DNA from: Gammaproteobacteria bacterium
Lineage (GTDB): Bacteria > Pseudomonadota > Gammaproteobacteria > Acidiferrobacterales > SZUA-150
Length of the DNA: 64,000 bases
Assembly: GCA_036986275.1 (NCBI GenBank)
Contig: BTRG01000002.1
Span: forward strand, 9,387-73,386
Reading direction: 5' to 3'
Below the pieces are notes generated by a model. That model ran no database searches. It saw nothing but the letters and a program-made list of their open reading frames with translations, and was not told the origin of the DNA. Position numbers and translations under genes: made by a program. Positions 39,472 to 51,270 of this stretch are shown piece by piece; position 1 is the first letter of the stretch; the number at the start of each line of letters is the position of its first letter.

Positions 39472-41865
39472 ATGAGTGCTAAACCGGAAACCGGCCCAGA
39501 AATGGTGACGATAGAGATCGACGGCCAGTCGATTGAAGCGCCTGTGGGTTCCATGTTGATACAAGCGGCCGACGCAGCCGGTATCACCATTCCCCGGTTT
39601 TGTTATCATAAGAAGTTATCCATCGCCGCCAGTTGTCGTATGTGCCTGGTGGACATTGAAAAGGCGCCCAAGCCCATGCCTGCCTGCGCCACACCTGTTA
39701 CCGATGGCATGAAAGTGCACACGCAATCGGCGGCTACCAAGCTGGCGCAAAAGAGTGTGATGGAGTTTTTACTGATTAACCATCCGTTGGATTGTCCTAT
39801 TTGTGATCAGGGGGGTGAATGCAGGCTGCAAGACCAGGCTGTGGGTTATGGCAGTGATGTCTCGCGCTATTCGGAAGCCAAGCGCATCGTAAAAGACAAG
39901 AACCTGGGTCCTTTGATTTCAACAGATATGACGCGCTGCATACATTGCACTCGTTGTGTACGTTTCGGTCAGGAAGTCGCAGGCGTGATGGAATTGGGGG
40001 CAACCGGTCGTGGCGAGCACATGAGCATAGGCACGCTGATAGAGAAGAGTATAGATTCCGAACTCTCCGGTAACGTGATCGACCTGTGCCCGGTGGGTGC
40101 ATTGACTTCCAAGCCCTTTCGTTACTCGGCGCGTCCCTGGGAGCTATCCAAACACGACGGCATCAGTCCGCATGATTCCGTGGCATCCAGCCTTACAGTG
40201 CATACTCGCGGTGGACGTGTGATGCGTGTAGTGCCCAAAGAGAACGAAGCCGTTAACGAGACCTGGATATCGGACAGAGACCGTTTTAGTTATGAAGGGC
40301 TTTATGTTGAAGATCGCCTGCAGACGCCTTTGATTAAAATCAATGGTGATTGGCAGGAGACTGACTGGAACGGCGCCTTACAGTTTGCGGCGAGGGGCTT
40401 GCGCAAAGTTATAGACAAACATGGAGCCGGGCAAGTAGGCGCCCTGGCTGCTCCAGGCTCAACACTGGAAGAATTTTACCTGTTACAAAAGCTGATGCGT
40501 GCCGCCGGTTCAAATAATGTTGATCACCGTGTACGCCAGATCGATTTCACGGATGACCATGCCATGCCCCTGTATCCGGGCCTGGGTCAACGACTCAGTC
40601 ATCTGCAATCATTGAATACCGTATTGTTGATTGGTTCCAATGTGCGCAAGGACCAGCCTTTGCTCGGTTTGCGTTTGCGCAAAATGCAACAGGCCGGCGG
40701 CCAGCTCATGGTTATTAATCCCGTGGATTACGTTTTTACCCATGCGCTGGCGAACAAGACTATCGCTTCACCTCAAGGCATGTTGCAAGCCCTGGCTGGT
40801 GTCGTAAAGGCCCTGGTAAAGACCAAGAGGGCGTCGCTTGCGAAAGAGGTCAAGACACTGCTATCTAGTATTGTTGCCCCGAGCAGTACGGACAGCGCCA
40901 TGGCAAAGGCCTTATTGACCGCCAGCAAGGCCAGTGTATTACTGGGCGATTATTCATTTGCTCATCCTCAATCAGCTCAATTACGGTTATTGGCACAGAT
41001 TACCGCCGACTTAAGTGGTGCCAGCCTGGGTTTCTTGCCGGCAGCCAACAGTGCCGCCGCCTGGGTGGCCGGATGTCTGCCGCACAGAACCGCAAAAGAC
41101 GGGGCTGTGGCGCAGGCCGGGCGCGATGCCTTTGCCATGATCAAGGAACCACTTAAGGCCTACATTACGATGGGCCTGGAACCCGATCTGGATTGTCTGG
41201 ACGGTGGTCGCACCCATACCGCCATGGCCTTATCCGAGTTTGTGATCATGATGACGGCCTATAAGCCACGCCTGGGCCAGGACCATGCCGATGTCCTGTT
41301 GCCTATGTCTGCCTTTACCGAGACGGCCGGCACCATGGTCAACTGTGAAGGCCGGCCACAGGTATTCCAGGGTGCGGTTGCCCCTTATGGCGATGCCCGG
41401 CCGGCCTGGAAGATACTGCGTGTACTCGGCAATATGATGGAACTGGAGGGTTTTGACTACGACTCTATTGAAGATGTGCGTAATGAGTTGGCGCTGGATG
41501 CCTTGCCCGTGGAAATCAAGCTCAAAGAGATGGTCCATCCGCCACAACTGGGTGCCAAGGCACTTGATCTAGTGCGCATAACCGAGACGCCTATTTATGC
41601 CGTTGATGCCCTGGTGCGTCGTGCTGTTAGCTTGCAGGCTACAGCCGATAATCCTGGTGCAGCGGCTCGTATTAACGAAAAGCAGGCTACAACACTGGGT
41701 GTGACTGAGGGCGATAAGGTGCGCTTGCGCATGCTGGAAGGGGATGCCGAGGTCCAGGTGGTGATTGATGAACGTGTGCCGGATGGTTGCGTGTTATCAC
41801 ACGCGGGATTTGTAGAGACCGCGGCACTGGGCGCCAGTGGCCAGGTGACGGTGACGAAGGTCTGA
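39472..41865 (+). CDS. nuoG: NADH-quinone oxidoreductase subunit G
   Basis: N-terminal 2Fe-2S and 4Fe-4S cysteine clusters ([41 protein letters not shown]); 797 aa. Confidence 0.95.
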   Translation: MSAKPETGPEMVTIEIDGQSIEAPVGSMLIQAADAAGITIPRFCYHKKLSIAASCRMCLVDIEKAPKPMPACATPVTDGMKVHTQSAATKLAQKSVMEFLLINHPLDCPICDQGGECRLQDQAVGYGSDVSRYSEAKRIVKDKNLGPLISTDMTRCIHCTRCVRFGQEVAGVMELGATGRGEHMSIGTLIEKSIDSELSGNVIDLCPVGALTSKPFRYSARPWELSKHDGISPHDSVASSLTVHTRGGRVMRVVPKENEAVNETWISDRDRFSYEGLYVEDRLQTPLIKINGDWQETDWNGALQFAARGLRKVIDKHGAGQVGALAAPGSTLEEFYLLQKLMRAAGSNNVDHRVRQIDFTDDHAMPLYPGLGQRLSHLQSLNTVLLIGSNVRKDQPLLGLRLRKMQQAGGQLMVINPVDYVFTHALANKTIASPQGMLQALAGVVKALVKTKRASLAKEVKTLLSSIVAPSSTDSAMAKALLTASKASVLLGDYSFAHPQSAQLRLLAQITADLSGASLGFLPAANSAAAWVAGCLPHRTAKDGAVAQAGRDAFAMIKEPLKAYITMGLEPDLDCLDGGRTHTAMALSEFVIMMTAYKPRLGQDHADVLLPMSAFTETAGTMVNCEGRPQVFQGAVAPYGDARPAWKILRVLGNMMELEGFDYDSIEDVRNELALDALPVEIKLKEMVHPPQLGAKALDLVRITETPIYAVDALVRRAVSLQATADNPGAAARINEKQATTLGVTEGDKVRLRMLEGDAEVQVVIDERVPDGCVLSHAGFVETAALGASGQVTVTKV

Positions 41866-41867
41866 TT

Positions 41868-42920
41868 ATGTTTGAATTGCTACAGCCTTATTTAACCTTT
41901 CTGCCTGTCTGGGGACAGAGCGTGCTGGTTAATTTCATATTGGTGGTGCTGATATTAGTGCCATTGATGGTTTGTGTGGCCTATCTGACTTTCGCTGAAC
42001 GTAAATTGATTGGCTATATGCAGGCACGAGTTGGCCCCAACCGTGTGGGTCCTCGCGGCTGGTTGCAGCCTATAGTGGATGGCATCAAGCTGATGTTGAA
42101 AGAAATCATCATCCCTGCACGTGCCAACAAGTATCTGTTTGTTATCGCGCCGATTTTGTCTATCGCTCCGGCCCTGGCGGCCTGGGCCGTGATTCCGTTT
42201 AATGACACCTGGATTTTATCTGAGTTAAATGCCGGCCTGCTGTATGTGCTGGCCCTGACATCTGTTGGTGTCTACGGTGTGATCGTCGCCGGCTGGGCTT
42301 CTAACTCTAAATATGCCTTTCTGGGCTCCATGCGTTCAGCGGCTCAAATCGTGTCCTATGAAATAGCCATGGGTTTTGCCTTGGTAACAGTATTAATGGC
42401 TGCCGGCAGTCTGAACCTGCAAGAGATCGTGCTGGCGCAGTCGGGTGATTTTCGTGATTGGTATATCTGGCCGTTGCTACCGATGTTTATGGTCTACTTT
42501 ATCTCCGGTGTGGCCGAGACCAATCGCGCACCCTTTGATGTGGCTGAAGGTGAATCTGAAATTGTTGCCGGCTTCCATGTCGAATATTCAGGCATGGCCT
42601 TCGCGGTTTTCTTTCTGGCTGAATACGCCAATATGATTCTGATTGCTTCATTGACAGCCGTTATGTTTCTCGGTGGCTGGCAGGCGCCGTTTGATGTGAA
42701 GCTCTTCGACTGGATGCCTGATCTTGGCCTGATGTGGCTGTTTATCAAAGTAGCGTTTCTGTTGTTTTTCTTCCTTTGGTTCAGGGCCACATTCCCGCGT
42801 TATCGCTATGACCAGATCATGCGTCTGGGCTGGAAGGTCTTTCTACCGATTACCATCGCCTGGATCGTGGTCATGGGCGCGGCCATGTTCTTTACTCCAT
42901 TCGGATATCTCTTTCACTAG
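41868..42920 (+). CDS. nuoH: NADH-quinone oxidoreductase subunit H
   Basis: [29 protein letters not shown]...[29 protein letters not shown]. Confidence 0.95.
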   Translation: MFELLQPYLTFLPVWGQSVLVNFILVVLILVPLMVCVAYLTFAERKLIGYMQARVGPNRVGPRGWLQPIVDGIKLMLKEIIIPARANKYLFVIAPILSIAPALAAWAVIPFNDTWILSELNAGLLYVLALTSVGVYGVIVAGWASNSKYAFLGSMRSAAQIVSYEIAMGFALVTVLMAAGSLNLQEIVLAQSGDFRDWYIWPLLPMFMVYFISGVAETNRAPFDVAEGESEIVAGFHVEYSGMAFAVFFLAEYANMILIASLTAVMFLGGWQAPFDVKLFDWMPDLGLMWLFIKVAFLLFFFLWFRATFPRYRYDQIMRLGWKVFLPITIAWIVVMGAAMFFTPFGYLFH

Positions 42921-42931
42921 GGCGGCGGACT

Positions 42932-43420
42932 ATGGAAGCGATTAAACGATATCTGAATACCTTCCTGCTGTGGGAACTATGCAAGGGTCTGGCCGTCACC
43001 GGCCGGCATCTTTTTGCCAGGAAGGCGACCATACAGTATCCGGATGAACGCGCACCACAGTCCCCGCGTTTTCGTGGCCTGCATGCCTTACGTCGTTATG
43101 CCAATGGTGAGGAGCGCTGCATTGCCTGCAAGTTATGCGAAGCTGTGTGTCCGGCCATGGCCATCACAATTGAATCGGAACAACGTGAAGACGGTAGCCG
43201 TAGAACCACACGCTACGATATCGATATGACCAAGTGTATTTTTTGCGGCTTTTGTGAAGAGGCCTGCCCGGTGGATTCCATAGTTGAGACCCGTGTGTTT
43301 GAGTACCACGGTGAGCAACGCAGTGATTTGTACTACACCAAGGAGATGTTGCTGGCGGTGGGTGACAAGCACGAGAAACAGATTGCGGCCGACAGAGCGG
43401 TCGACGCGAAGTATCGCTAG
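42932..43420 (+). CDS. nuoI: NADH-quinone oxidoreductase subunit I
   Basis: Two 4Fe-4S ferredoxin motifs ([24 protein letters not shown]). Confidence 0.95.
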   Translation: MEAIKRYLNTFLLWELCKGLAVTGRHLFARKATIQYPDERAPQSPRFRGLHALRRYANGEERCIACKLCEAVCPAMAITIESEQREDGSRRTTRYDIDMTKCIFCGFCEEACPVDSIVETRVFEYHGEQRSDLYYTKEMLLAVGDKHEKQIAADRAVDAKYR

Positions 43421-43440
43421 AACAGTCGGGAATAACGCAC

Positions 43441-44070
43441 ATGAACTTTGAAGCGATCTTGTTTTACTTTTTTGCCGCCATCCTGGTGATGTCTGCATCC
43501 ATGGTCATCACCATACGTAACCCGGTGAAGGCCGCCCTGTTTCTGGTGCTGGCATTTTTTAATGCCGCTGCCTTATGGATATTGTTGGAAGCCGAATTCC
43601 TCGCCATCGTCCTGGTGCTGGTATACGTTGGCGCCGTGATGGTGTTGTTCCTGTTTGTTGTGATGATGTTGGATATCAACCTGCTCAAGCTCAAGGAAGG
43701 TTTTGGTGAGTACTTGCCCATAGGTGGACTGGTTGCAGTACTGTTGGTCATAGAGATGGCCGTCATTCTTAGCCACCCACAGTTCGGGCTCGAGAATATG
43801 CCGACGCCCGCGCCCCATGCGGCGGATTACAGCAATACCCGTGAGTTGGGTAGCGTGCTCTATACCACTTATGTCTACCCGTTTGAGATAGCCGCCTTGT
43901 TGTTATTGGTGGCGATTATTGCGGCCATTGCCTTGACCATGCGCAAGCGCAAGAACACTAAATTTATCGACCCGGCTGAACAGGTGGCGGTGCAGGCCAA
44001 AGATCGTCTACGCATCATCAAGATGCCGGCGGAAAAGAAGAGCTCAGTAGGGGATAGGGGGAAGCAATGA
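43441..44070 (+). CDS. nuoJ: NADH-quinone oxidoreductase subunit J
   Basis: Its position in the operon and [18 protein letters not shown]. Confidence 0.9.
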   Translation: MNFEAILFYFFAAILVMSASMVITIRNPVKAALFLVLAFFNAAALWILLEAEFLAIVLVLVYVGAVMVLFLFVVMMLDINLLKLKEGFGEYLPIGGLVAVLLVIEMAVILSHPQFGLENMPTPAPHAADYSNTRELGSVLYTTYVYPFEIAALLLLVAIIAAIALTMRKRKNTKFIDPAEQVAVQAKDRLRIIKMPAEKKSSVGDRGKQ

Positions 44071-44372
44071 TCGCGTTAAACCACTATTTGATCCTCGGCG
44101 CCATTTTATTCGCCCTGAGTGTGGTCGGAATCTTTCTGAATAGAAAGAATGTTGTCATCTTGTTGATGGCAATTGAATTAAATTTGCTGGCCGTGAATAC
44201 CAACTTCATAGCTTTTTCCCGTTATCTTGAAGACTCGGCGGGCCAGGTGTTTGTGTTTTTTATTCTAACGGTAGCGGCTGCCGAAACGGCCATCGGCCTG
44301 GCAATCCTGATCGTATTATTCCGTAACCGTCATACCATTAATGTTGAAGAACTGGATACCTTAAAAGGCTAA
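44067..44372 (+). CDS. nuoK: NADH-quinone oxidoreductase subunit K
   Basis: [19 protein letters not shown]...[14 protein letters not shown]. Confidence 0.93.
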   Translation: MIALNHYLILGAILFALSVVGIFLNRKNVVILLMAIELNLLAVNTNFIAFSRYLEDSAGQVFVFFILTVAAAETAIGLAILIVLFRNRHTINVEELDTLKG

Positions 44373-44377
44373 AGATT

Positions 44378-46342
44378 ATGTTCGGTCTCAGCATGAAAAC
44401 AATTTATTTATTGATACCGCTGTCCTGTCTGGCAGGGTCTATTATTGCGGGTCTGTTTGGCCGCAAGATAGGCAGGGCGGGGGCGCACATTGCCGCCATC
44501 ACCGGTGTCGGTATTGCCTTTCTGCTGTCAGCCTTTGTAGTGTATCCGGACGTAATGGCAGGCAATACCTTTAATGGCGCCGTCTATACTTGGGTCATCA
44601 GTGGCGGCATTCCTCTGGAAATCGGTTTCCTGCTGGACCCGCTGACGGTCATGATGATGGTGGTGGTGACCTTTGTCTCGCTAATGGTGCATATCTACAC
44701 AATAGGCTATATGCATGATGACCCAGGTTATCAGCGCTTTTTCAGTTATATCGCCCTGTTTACTTTTTCCATGTTGATGCTGGTGATGGCCAATAACTTC
44801 CTACAACTGTTTTTCGGTTGGGAAGCGGTGGGCCTGGTTTCATACTTATTGATCGGCTTTTGGTACACACGTGAATCCGCGATCATTGCCAATCTCAAGG
44901 CATTCCTGGTCAACCGTGTCGGTGATTTCGGTTTCCTGCTGGGTATCGCCGCTATCTATGTGCATTTCGGTACACTGGATTATGCCGCGGTATTTGCCAT
45001 TGCTCCGCAATACGCCAATCAGATGATACCGGTCGTCAGTGGCGTGGACTGGAGCCTGATTACGGTGATCACCATCCTGTTGTTTATAGGCGCCATGGGT
45101 AAGTCGGCGCAAGTGCCCTTGCATGTTTGGTTGCCCGACTCCATGGAAGGCCCCACGCCCATATCGGCACTGATCCATGCCGCGACCATGGTGACGGCAG
45201 GCATATTTATGGTGGCGCGTATGTCACCGTTGTATGAATTATCCGAGACGGCGTTGTCCGTAGTGCTGATCATTGGCGCTACCACGGCCTTGTTTATGGG
45301 TTTTCTGGGCATAGTCCAAAACGATATCAAGCGAGTGGTGGCCTATTCCACGCTATCTCAGCTGGGTTATATGATGGCTGCATTGGGTGCTTCGGCCTAT
45401 GCCGCCGGTGTGTTTCATTTAATGACCCATGCCTTTTTCAAGGCCTTGCTCTTCCTGGCTGCCGGTTCCGTCATCATAGCTATGCACCACGAGCAGGACA
45501 TGCGCAAGATGGGTGGTCTGAAGAAATATATGCCCTATACCTTTGCAACGGTATGGATAGGCGTATTGGCATTAGTCGGTTTCCCTGGCCTGGCCGGTTA
45601 CTTTTCCAAGGACAGCATCCTGTTGGCCGTGGAGCACTCAAATATCTATGGCAGCGGCTATGCCGCTTTTGCATTGATGGCCGGCGTCTTTGTGACCGCG
45701 TTTTATTCCTTCCGATTGCTGTTCATGACCTTTTATGGCGAACCGCGCATGGACGAGCATACCCGGCAGCATTTGAAGGAATCACCCCTGGTGGTCACCA
45801 TACCCTTGTTCTTGCTGGCGGTACCTTCGGCTGCTATTGGCTGGTTTGCCATGGAACCGATGATTATTAATGATTACTTCAAGGGCGCCATCTCTGTATC
45901 GGCTTCCCATGATGTATTGGCATTAATTGCAAAAGAATGGCATGGCCTGGGCAATTTCTTTGCCCATGGTTTTTCAGCCTTGCCCTTCTTCCTGGTAGTG
46001 GGTGGTTTTATCACAGCCTGGTTATTGTATATCAGGTATACAGATTTACCCGCCAAGATCCGCGGCCGTGTAGAGCCACTCTACAACCTGCTGGACAATA
46101 AGTATTATTTCGACAAAATCTATAATGCCGTGTTTGCCAGCGGCGCGCGCTTGGTGGGCGGCCTGTTGTGGAAGATCGGTGACGTGAAACTTATCGATGG
46201 CCTGGCGGTGAATGGCACGGCACGCGTCATTGGCTGGGTCTCATCTGTCGTACGTTATGTACAGACCGGGTATGTCTATCACTATGCCTTTGCCATGATC
46301 ATAGGCCTGTTTTTAATGATTACTTTTTTCTTGCACGGCTAG
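44378..46342 (+). CDS. nuoL: NADH-quinone oxidoreductase subunit L
   Basis: FFGWEAVGLVSYLLIGFWY...PTPISALIHAATMVTAG. Confidence 0.95.
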   Translation: MFGLSMKTIYLLIPLSCLAGSIIAGLFGRKIGRAGAHIAAITGVGIAFLLSAFVVYPDVMAGNTFNGAVYTWVISGGIPLEIGFLLDPLTVMMMVVVTFVSLMVHIYTIGYMHDDPGYQRFFSYIALFTFSMLMLVMANNFLQLFFGWEAVGLVSYLLIGFWYTRESAIIANLKAFLVNRVGDFGFLLGIAAIYVHFGTLDYAAVFAIAPQYANQMIPVVSGVDWSLITVITILLFIGAMGKSAQVPLHVWLPDSMEGPTPISALIHAATMVTAGIFMVARMSPLYELSETALSVVLIIGATTALFMGFLGIVQNDIKRVVAYSTLSQLGYMMAALGASAYAAGVFHLMTHAFFKALLFLAAGSVIIAMHHEQDMRKMGGLKKYMPYTFATVWIGVLALVGFPGLAGYFSKDSILLAVEHSNIYGSGYAAFALMAGVFVTAFYSFRLLFMTFYGEPRMDEHTRQHLKESPLVVTIPLFLLAVPSAAIGWFAMEPMIINDYFKGAISVSASHDVLALIAKEWHGLGNFFAHGFSALPFFLVVGGFITAWLLYIRYTDLPAKIRGRVEPLYNLLDNKYYFDKIYNAVFASGARLVGGLLWKIGDVKLIDGLAVNGTARVIGWVSSVVRYVQTGYVYHYAFAMIIGLFLMITFFLHG

Positions 46343-46357
46343 GTCAGGGGAAGCACG

Positions 46358-47848
46358 ATGTCGTTTGAATATGCATTAAGTCTGGTGATCTGGTTGCCCA
46401 TAATCGGCGGGCTACTGGTGTTGGCCACCGGTGACGACAGCAATGCGCCCTTTGCCCGCAAGCTGAGTTTGATTATTGCTCTGGCGACCTTTGCTGCCAG
46501 CATTCCTTTATTTACGAATTTCGATAATGCCACTGCGGCCATGCAATTCGTCGAGCAGCGGCCGTGGATAGCCGCCTTCAACATCAATTATCACCTGGGT
46601 ATAGATGGCATCTCGCTGCTGCTGGTGTTGTTGACCACATTTACCAGCATACTCGTCGTGATAGCGGGCTGGAAGGTGATACAGAGGCGTGTCGCCCAGT
46701 ACATGGGTATGTTCCTGATCATGGAAGGTTTGATGGTGGGTGTATTCACCTCACTGGATGCCATGCTGTTCTATGTCTTTTGGGAGGCCACGCTGATACC
46801 CATGTACCTCATTATTGGTGTATGGGGTGGACCCAACCGTGTCTACGCTGCCGTGAAGTTCTTTCTTTATACCTTCCTGGGCTCGGTGCTCATGCTGGTG
46901 GCCTTTATCTATCTGTACTTCAAGTCAGGGCAGAGCTTTAGTCTGGCGGACATGTATGCTGTCAAGTTATCGATGACGGAGCAGACGTTGATCTTCCTGG
47001 CTTTCTTCGTCGCCTTTGCCGTCAAGGTACCGATGTGGCCGGTGCATACCTGGTTACCCGATGCGCATGTGGAAGCCCCTACCGGGGGCTCTGTAGTGCT
47101 GGCAGCCATCCTGCTGAAACTGGGTGCCTACGGTTTTCTACGTTTTAGCCTGCCCATCACTCCTGATGCCAGCCATGAACTTGCCTGGTTGATGATAGGT
47201 CTATCGTTGATTGCGGTGGTATATATTGCTCTGGTGGCGCTGGTGCAGGAAGACATGAAGAAGCTGATCGCCTATTCGTCTATTTCGCATATGGGTTTTG
47301 TGACCCTGGGAATCTTTATTTTCAATGCCCAGGGCATAGAAGGCGGCATCGCACAAATGGTGTCGCACGGTTTTATATCCGGCGCCATGTTCCTATGTGT
47401 TGGTATGATGTATGACCGTTTGCATAGTCGTATGATCAAGGATTGTGGTGGCCTGGCCAGTCGTATGCCGGTGTTCGCGGCATTTATGATGCTATTTGCC
47501 ATGGCCAATACCGGTCTTCCCGGTACTTCCGGATTTGTCGGTGAGTTCCTGGTGATACTCGGTGCTTTCCAGGTAAATATCTGGTATGCCGTGGTGGCGG
47601 CAACGACGCTGATTTTTGGTGCCGCCTACACCTTGTGGATGTACAAGCGCGTTATCTTTGGCAAGGTGGTCAGCGAAAAAGTTGAGGCATTGGAAGATAT
47701 CACGTCAAGAGAAATTCTGGTGCTGAGTGCGTTGGCGATAGCGGTTCTGGTCATGGGTCTGTGGCCTTATCCCTTCCTTGAGACCATGCATACCTCGGTA
47801 GATCATTTGCTGCAACAGGTAGCAGTATCCAAGCTGCCGCTATATTGA
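46358..47848 (+). CDS. nuoM: NADH-quinone oxidoreductase subunit M
   Basis: FYVFWEATLIPMYLIIGVWGG...VHTWLPDAHVEAPT. Confidence 0.95.
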   Translation: MSFEYALSLVIWLPIIGGLLVLATGDDSNAPFARKLSLIIALATFAASIPLFTNFDNATAAMQFVEQRPWIAAFNINYHLGIDGISLLLVLLTTFTSILVVIAGWKVIQRRVAQYMGMFLIMEGLMVGVFTSLDAMLFYVFWEATLIPMYLIIGVWGGPNRVYAAVKFFLYTFLGSVLMLVAFIYLYFKSGQSFSLADMYAVKLSMTEQTLIFLAFFVAFAVKVPMWPVHTWLPDAHVEAPTGGSVVLAAILLKLGAYGFLRFSLPITPDASHELAWLMIGLSLIAVVYIALVALVQEDMKKLIAYSSISHMGFVTLGIFIFNAQGIEGGIAQMVSHGFISGAMFLCVGMMYDRLHSRMIKDCGGLASRMPVFAAFMMLFAMANTGLPGTSGFVGEFLVILGAFQVNIWYAVVAATTLIFGAAYTLWMYKRVIFGKVVSEKVEALEDITSREILVLSALAIAVLVMGLWPYPFLETMHTSVDHLLQQVAVSKLPLY

Positions 47849-47869
47849 TGAAAAGAAAGTGGTGACAAG

Positions 47870-49315
47870 ATGACAATGGCCTGGATAGATATAGCCCCTG
47901 CATTACCGGAGATCTTTATGTTCTCCATGGCTTGCGTGATCTTGATTGCCGATCTTTATGTAAACGATAAGAATCGCATTGTCACCTATGGCCTGACTCA
48001 GGGCACGCTCATTGTTGCGGCATTTATGATCTTCACGGATATCCCGCAAACGAAAAGCCTGTTGTTTAATAATATGTTTGTGCACGACACGCTGTCGGCA
48101 ACCCTCAAGGGGGTTATCTTGCTGATTATCGTCGTCGTGTTTGTCTATTCGCGTGACTACCTGCGTGATCGTAATATGTTTCGTGGTGAATACTTCGTAC
48201 TCGGTCTGTTTGCTGTCGTAGGAATGATGGTCATGGTATCGGCCAGCCATTTCCTGACGCTCTATCTTGGACTCGAGCTTTTGTCACTCTGTTTATATGC
48301 CATGATTGCCTTTCGACGTGATTCATCCACGGCAACCGAAGCGGCGATGAAGTATTTTGTTCTCGGCGCATTGGCATCAGGCATGTTGCTCTATGGCATG
48401 TCTATGCTCTACGGTGTGACCGGCAGTCTGGAAATCGCCAAGGTACAGCAGGCCATCGGCAGTTATGATCCAGGTAATATGCCCCTGACCTTCGGGCTCG
48501 TGTTCGTGGTTGTGGCGCTGGCGTTTAAACTGGGTGCCGTACCTTTTCATATGTGGGTGCCGGATGTGTATCAGGGTGCGCCGACCTCCGTGACATTGTT
48601 TATTGGTACCGCTCCCAAGATAGCCGGCTTTGCCATAGTTATGCGTTTATTGATTGGCGGCCTCGATGGCCTGTCCGCCAGTTGGCAGGGCATGCTGATT
48701 ATTCTTGCAATCTTGTCCATGGCCGGCGGCAACCTGATGGCCATAGCCCAAACCAATATCAAGCGCATGTTGGCCTATTCGACAATCTCGCACATGGGTT
48801 TCTTTTTGCTCGGGATTCTCAGCGCTACGGCGAATGGTTACAGCTCGTCCATGTTCTATATAATGGTGTATGCGGCCATGAGCCTGGGCGCTTTCGGTAT
48901 GGTAATCCTTCTGTCTCGCGCCGGTTTTGAGGCGGAGAAAATTGATGACTTCAAAGGCCTGAATCAACGTAGTCCATGGTACGCATTTTTAATGTTGTTG
49001 TTGATGTTCTCCATGGCCGGTGTACCGCCTACCTTGGGTTTCTATTCCAAATTGCTGGTTATACAAAGTATCATCCAAGCCGATATGTTATGGCTTGCCA
49101 TTGTTTCTGTACTGTTGGCTGTTATAGGGGCCTTCTATTACCTGCGCATCGTTAAGGTCATGTATTTTGATGAGCCGGAAGCAGATACCCATGTCATTCC
49201 CGCGGCAGTTGATGCCAGGATACTTCTGGGTATTAATGCCCTGGCATTAATTGTCATTTTGCCCTGGGTGGGTGACATCATAGAACTTTGCCGCCGCGCC
49301 ATCGCCGGTCTCTAG
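47870..49315 (+). CDS. nuoN: NADH-quinone oxidoreductase subunit N
   Basis: [17 protein letters not shown]...[15 protein letters not shown]. Confidence 0.95.
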   Translation: MTMAWIDIAPALPEIFMFSMACVILIADLYVNDKNRIVTYGLTQGTLIVAAFMIFTDIPQTKSLLFNNMFVHDTLSATLKGVILLIIVVVFVYSRDYLRDRNMFRGEYFVLGLFAVVGMMVMVSASHFLTLYLGLELLSLCLYAMIAFRRDSSTATEAAMKYFVLGALASGMLLYGMSMLYGVTGSLEIAKVQQAIGSYDPGNMPLTFGLVFVVVALAFKLGAVPFHMWVPDVYQGAPTSVTLFIGTAPKIAGFAIVMRLLIGGLDGLSASWQGMLIILAILSMAGGNLMAIAQTNIKRMLAYSTISHMGFFLLGILSATANGYSSSMFYIMVYAAMSLGAFGMVILLSRAGFEAEKIDDFKGLNQRSPWYAFLMLLLMFSMAGVPPTLGFYSKLLVIQSIIQADMLWLAIVSVLLAVIGAFYYLRIVKVMYFDEPEADTHVIPAAVDARILLGINALALIVILPWVGDIIELCRRAIAGL

Positions 49316-49455
49316 TTTTCCTAATATCTTAGCGCCTTAACGGTGTTTCGCATCCCGTATTGTTTGCGCCTGTTGTATCGTTAAACCTTTCCAGCAGACT
49401 GTCGATACTGTAGTAGGCAGGGGATTACCCCATATTCCACAATAAATTCAATAGT

Positions 49456-50097
49456 TTGGAGCTTCATCCTCGGGCGAAGACGCGGTTTATGGTGACATTG
49501 GCGGGCAAGGGTGTGTTTCGCACCAACTTTGATGAGTTGTTTGGTGCGTTTGTATTGATCATGGTGATGTTTGGTGTGATTGCATTCAGTACGTTGATGC
49601 TAATCTCCAAATACCCTGACGAGACACTATCCTATTTGTTGCTTGGTCTGGCATTGGCTGTGATAGCCGGCATCGTGACTTATCTATGGAAGGCGCGTGG
49701 GGAGTTGCAAATGACACGGTCCTATGTGGCATTTATATCCGCGGCCGGCAAGCGCTATTCTGCCAAGTGGAGCCGGATTGCGCGTATACATCCAGCCCCG
49801 GGCTGGTTGCGCATCTATGATACTGAAGGTCAGAAGCTGTGCAGCCTGACGTATGCACCCGGAGAGCAAGCCGCCTTGATGCAGATGCTCAGGCATTATA
49901 CAGACAGTTTTCAACGTCTGCATCAAGGTTTGCACGTGGCTGTTTCGTCTCAGGATCAGGAAGCGGTTGCAGTCAGGAGCAGGATAAAACGGGCGCGGGT
50001 TACGGCAACGAAGGTGTCCAAGAAGAAGGTGTCCAAGAAGAAGGTGGCCAAGAAGAAGGTGGCCAAGAAGAAGGTAGTGAAAAAACGTCGAGCATAA
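49456..50097 (+). CDS. Hypothetical membrane protein with two predicted TM helices and a tandem-repeat lysine-rich C-terminal tail
   Basis: The hydrophobic segments are FGAFVLIMVMFGVIAFSTLMLI and LLLGLALAVIAGIVTYLW. The C-terminus is KVSKKKVSKKKVAKKKVAKKKVVKKRRA. I recognised no family. The start is uncertain (TTG 49456 or ATG 49489). Confidence 0.45.
   Translation: MELHPRAKTRFMVTLAGKGVFRTNFDELFGAFVLIMVMFGVIAFSTLMLISKYPDETLSYLLLGLALAVIAGIVTYLWKARGELQMTRSYVAFISAAGKRYSAKWSRIARIHPAPGWLRIYDTEGQKLCSLTYAPGEQAALMQMLRHYTDSFQRLHQGLHVAVSSQDQEAVAVRSRIKRARVTATKVSKKKVSKKKVAKKKVAKKKVVKKRRA
50011..50085 (+). repeat. 5 x 15-nt in-frame tandem repeat encoding (KVxKK)n
   Basis: aaggtgtccaagaag x2, aaggtggccaagaag x2, aaggtagtgaaaaaa x1, all contiguous. 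Confidence 0.9.
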
Positions 50098-50168
50098 GTT
50101 GGCGCTGCGGTATGATGTTCCTATATGATATCGAGTGCCCGTCCAGGATAAGGGCAAAGGGAGGTGTC

Positions 50169-50852
50169 ATGTATGCATATAAAATAACAGCTATTTTTTT
50201 ATCATTGGCCATTGCAGGTCCGGTCTATGCGGAATTACAGGAACTGACTCGAGAGACCAGGACGCGTGGCACTGTAACACTAAAATTTGATGACCAGCGT
50301 ATTGCCCGTGATGTACTTGAGAAATACCTGCTGATACACCCACGCGTGTATGCACGACGATTCGCAAAGACATATATTGCACGTTGTACCGATGCAGTAA
50401 TTTATTACCCTTGTGGCACACGCAATCTCGATGATTACAACTATTTAGATAATGCACAGGTCAATGTTCGCAGGGCCGAGAAGCGCATTCAGTATCTCAA
50501 AGGTTTAAATGAAGTACCGGAATTGCAACCGCTGACCAGTTATTTTGAGAAATTATTGTCGTTCAGCCTGGAGCTGGACAAGCGAGTGCTGCGTTATTTC
50601 CAGAATGGAAACGTCAGTGTATTGAAGGAGTCGGTGGAAGGTCTGGAACCCATACATATTGTGCCGGGCGTGTTACGAAAACTGGCCACCGTGGAGAGCA
50701 AACACGGTATGTATTGGTTGGCCCGTTTTCAATGGCGGGGCGCCATGTTTGCCCATTACAAAGAGGCCTTGGGCGCGATACCGGAGGGAAGCTGGGATGC
50801 TTTCCTTGAGGCCTATGATATCAAGGAAAGCTATGTGCCCAGTGCCCGCTAG
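50169..50852 (+). CDS. Hypothetical secreted protein
   Basis: ATG 50169 is preceded by GGAGG, and the signal peptide is MYAYKITAIFLSLAIAGPVYA. The upstream part of the 337-aa ORF-track entry overlaps the previous gene in another frame and is repeat-derived. I recognised no family. Confidence 0.5.
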   Translation: MYAYKITAIFLSLAIAGPVYAELQELTRETRTRGTVTLKFDDQRIARDVLEKYLLIHPRVYARRFAKTYIARCTDAVIYYPCGTRNLDDYNYLDNAQVNVRRAEKRIQYLKGLNEVPELQPLTSYFEKLLSFSLELDKRVLRYFQNGNVSVLKESVEGLEPIHIVPGVLRKLATVESKHGMYWLARFQWRGAMFAHYKEALGAIPEGSWDAFLEAYDIKESYVPSAR

Positions 50853-50858
50853 CGCCTC

Positions 50859-51149
50859 CTAACAGGCAAAAAAGGATCTGAACGACCCCAGATTGTGCAC
50901 GGCTGTAAACCCTATTTCACGCAATCGAGCCTGAGCCATGCCACTACGCCGGCCCGTAACGCAGTACACGATCACAGGCCTTTCTTTATCTATGGTGGTG
51001 GCTTGCTGGTCGATAGCTTCCAGGGGCAGTGATATCGCGTCAGGCAAGGCGCCCTGGAAAAATTCACTTTGTGAGCGCACATCCACCAATTGTGCGCCCT
51101 GTTGAATCATGGTTTTGGCTTCAGCGCATGAAATATCCTGTAAGCTCAT
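50859..51149 (-). CDS. Single-domain rhodanese-like sulfurtransferase
   Basis: LVDVRSQSEFFQGALPDAISLP and the active-site loop VYCVTGRRS. Confidence 0.8.
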   Translation of the reverse strand: MSLQDISCAEAKTMIQQGAQLVDVRSQSEFFQGALPDAISLPLEAIDQQATTIDKERPVIVYCVTGRRSGMAQARLREIGFTAVHNLGSFRSFFAC

Positions 51150-51225
51150 TGTTTTGTTTCCTGATGTTGAATCTGGATCACTAGATAAGGGTGTGGGAAT
51201 GATATTGCAAGCCCACCGAAGTATT

Positions 51226-51270
51226 ATTTTGTACGGCGGCTCATTTTGTACGGCGGCTCATTTTGTGGGG
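51226..51270. repeat. 17-nt tandem repeat, about 2.6 copies
   Basis: attttgtacggcggctc at 51226-51242 and 51243-51259, then attttgtggggg. Confidence 0.85.

Noticed and set aside
49839-50168. N-terminal 110 codons of the 337-aa ORF-track entry
   Set aside because: This part overlaps the preceding gene in another frame and is driven by the lysine-repeat DNA (it reads EEGVQEEGGQEEG). A GGAGG-ATG start with a clean signal peptide begins at 50169.
51226-51270. Possible CRISPR-like array
   Set aside because: The repeats are directly adjacent 17-nt units with no spacers, and there are only about 2.6 copies. This is a simple tandem repeat, not a CRISPR.
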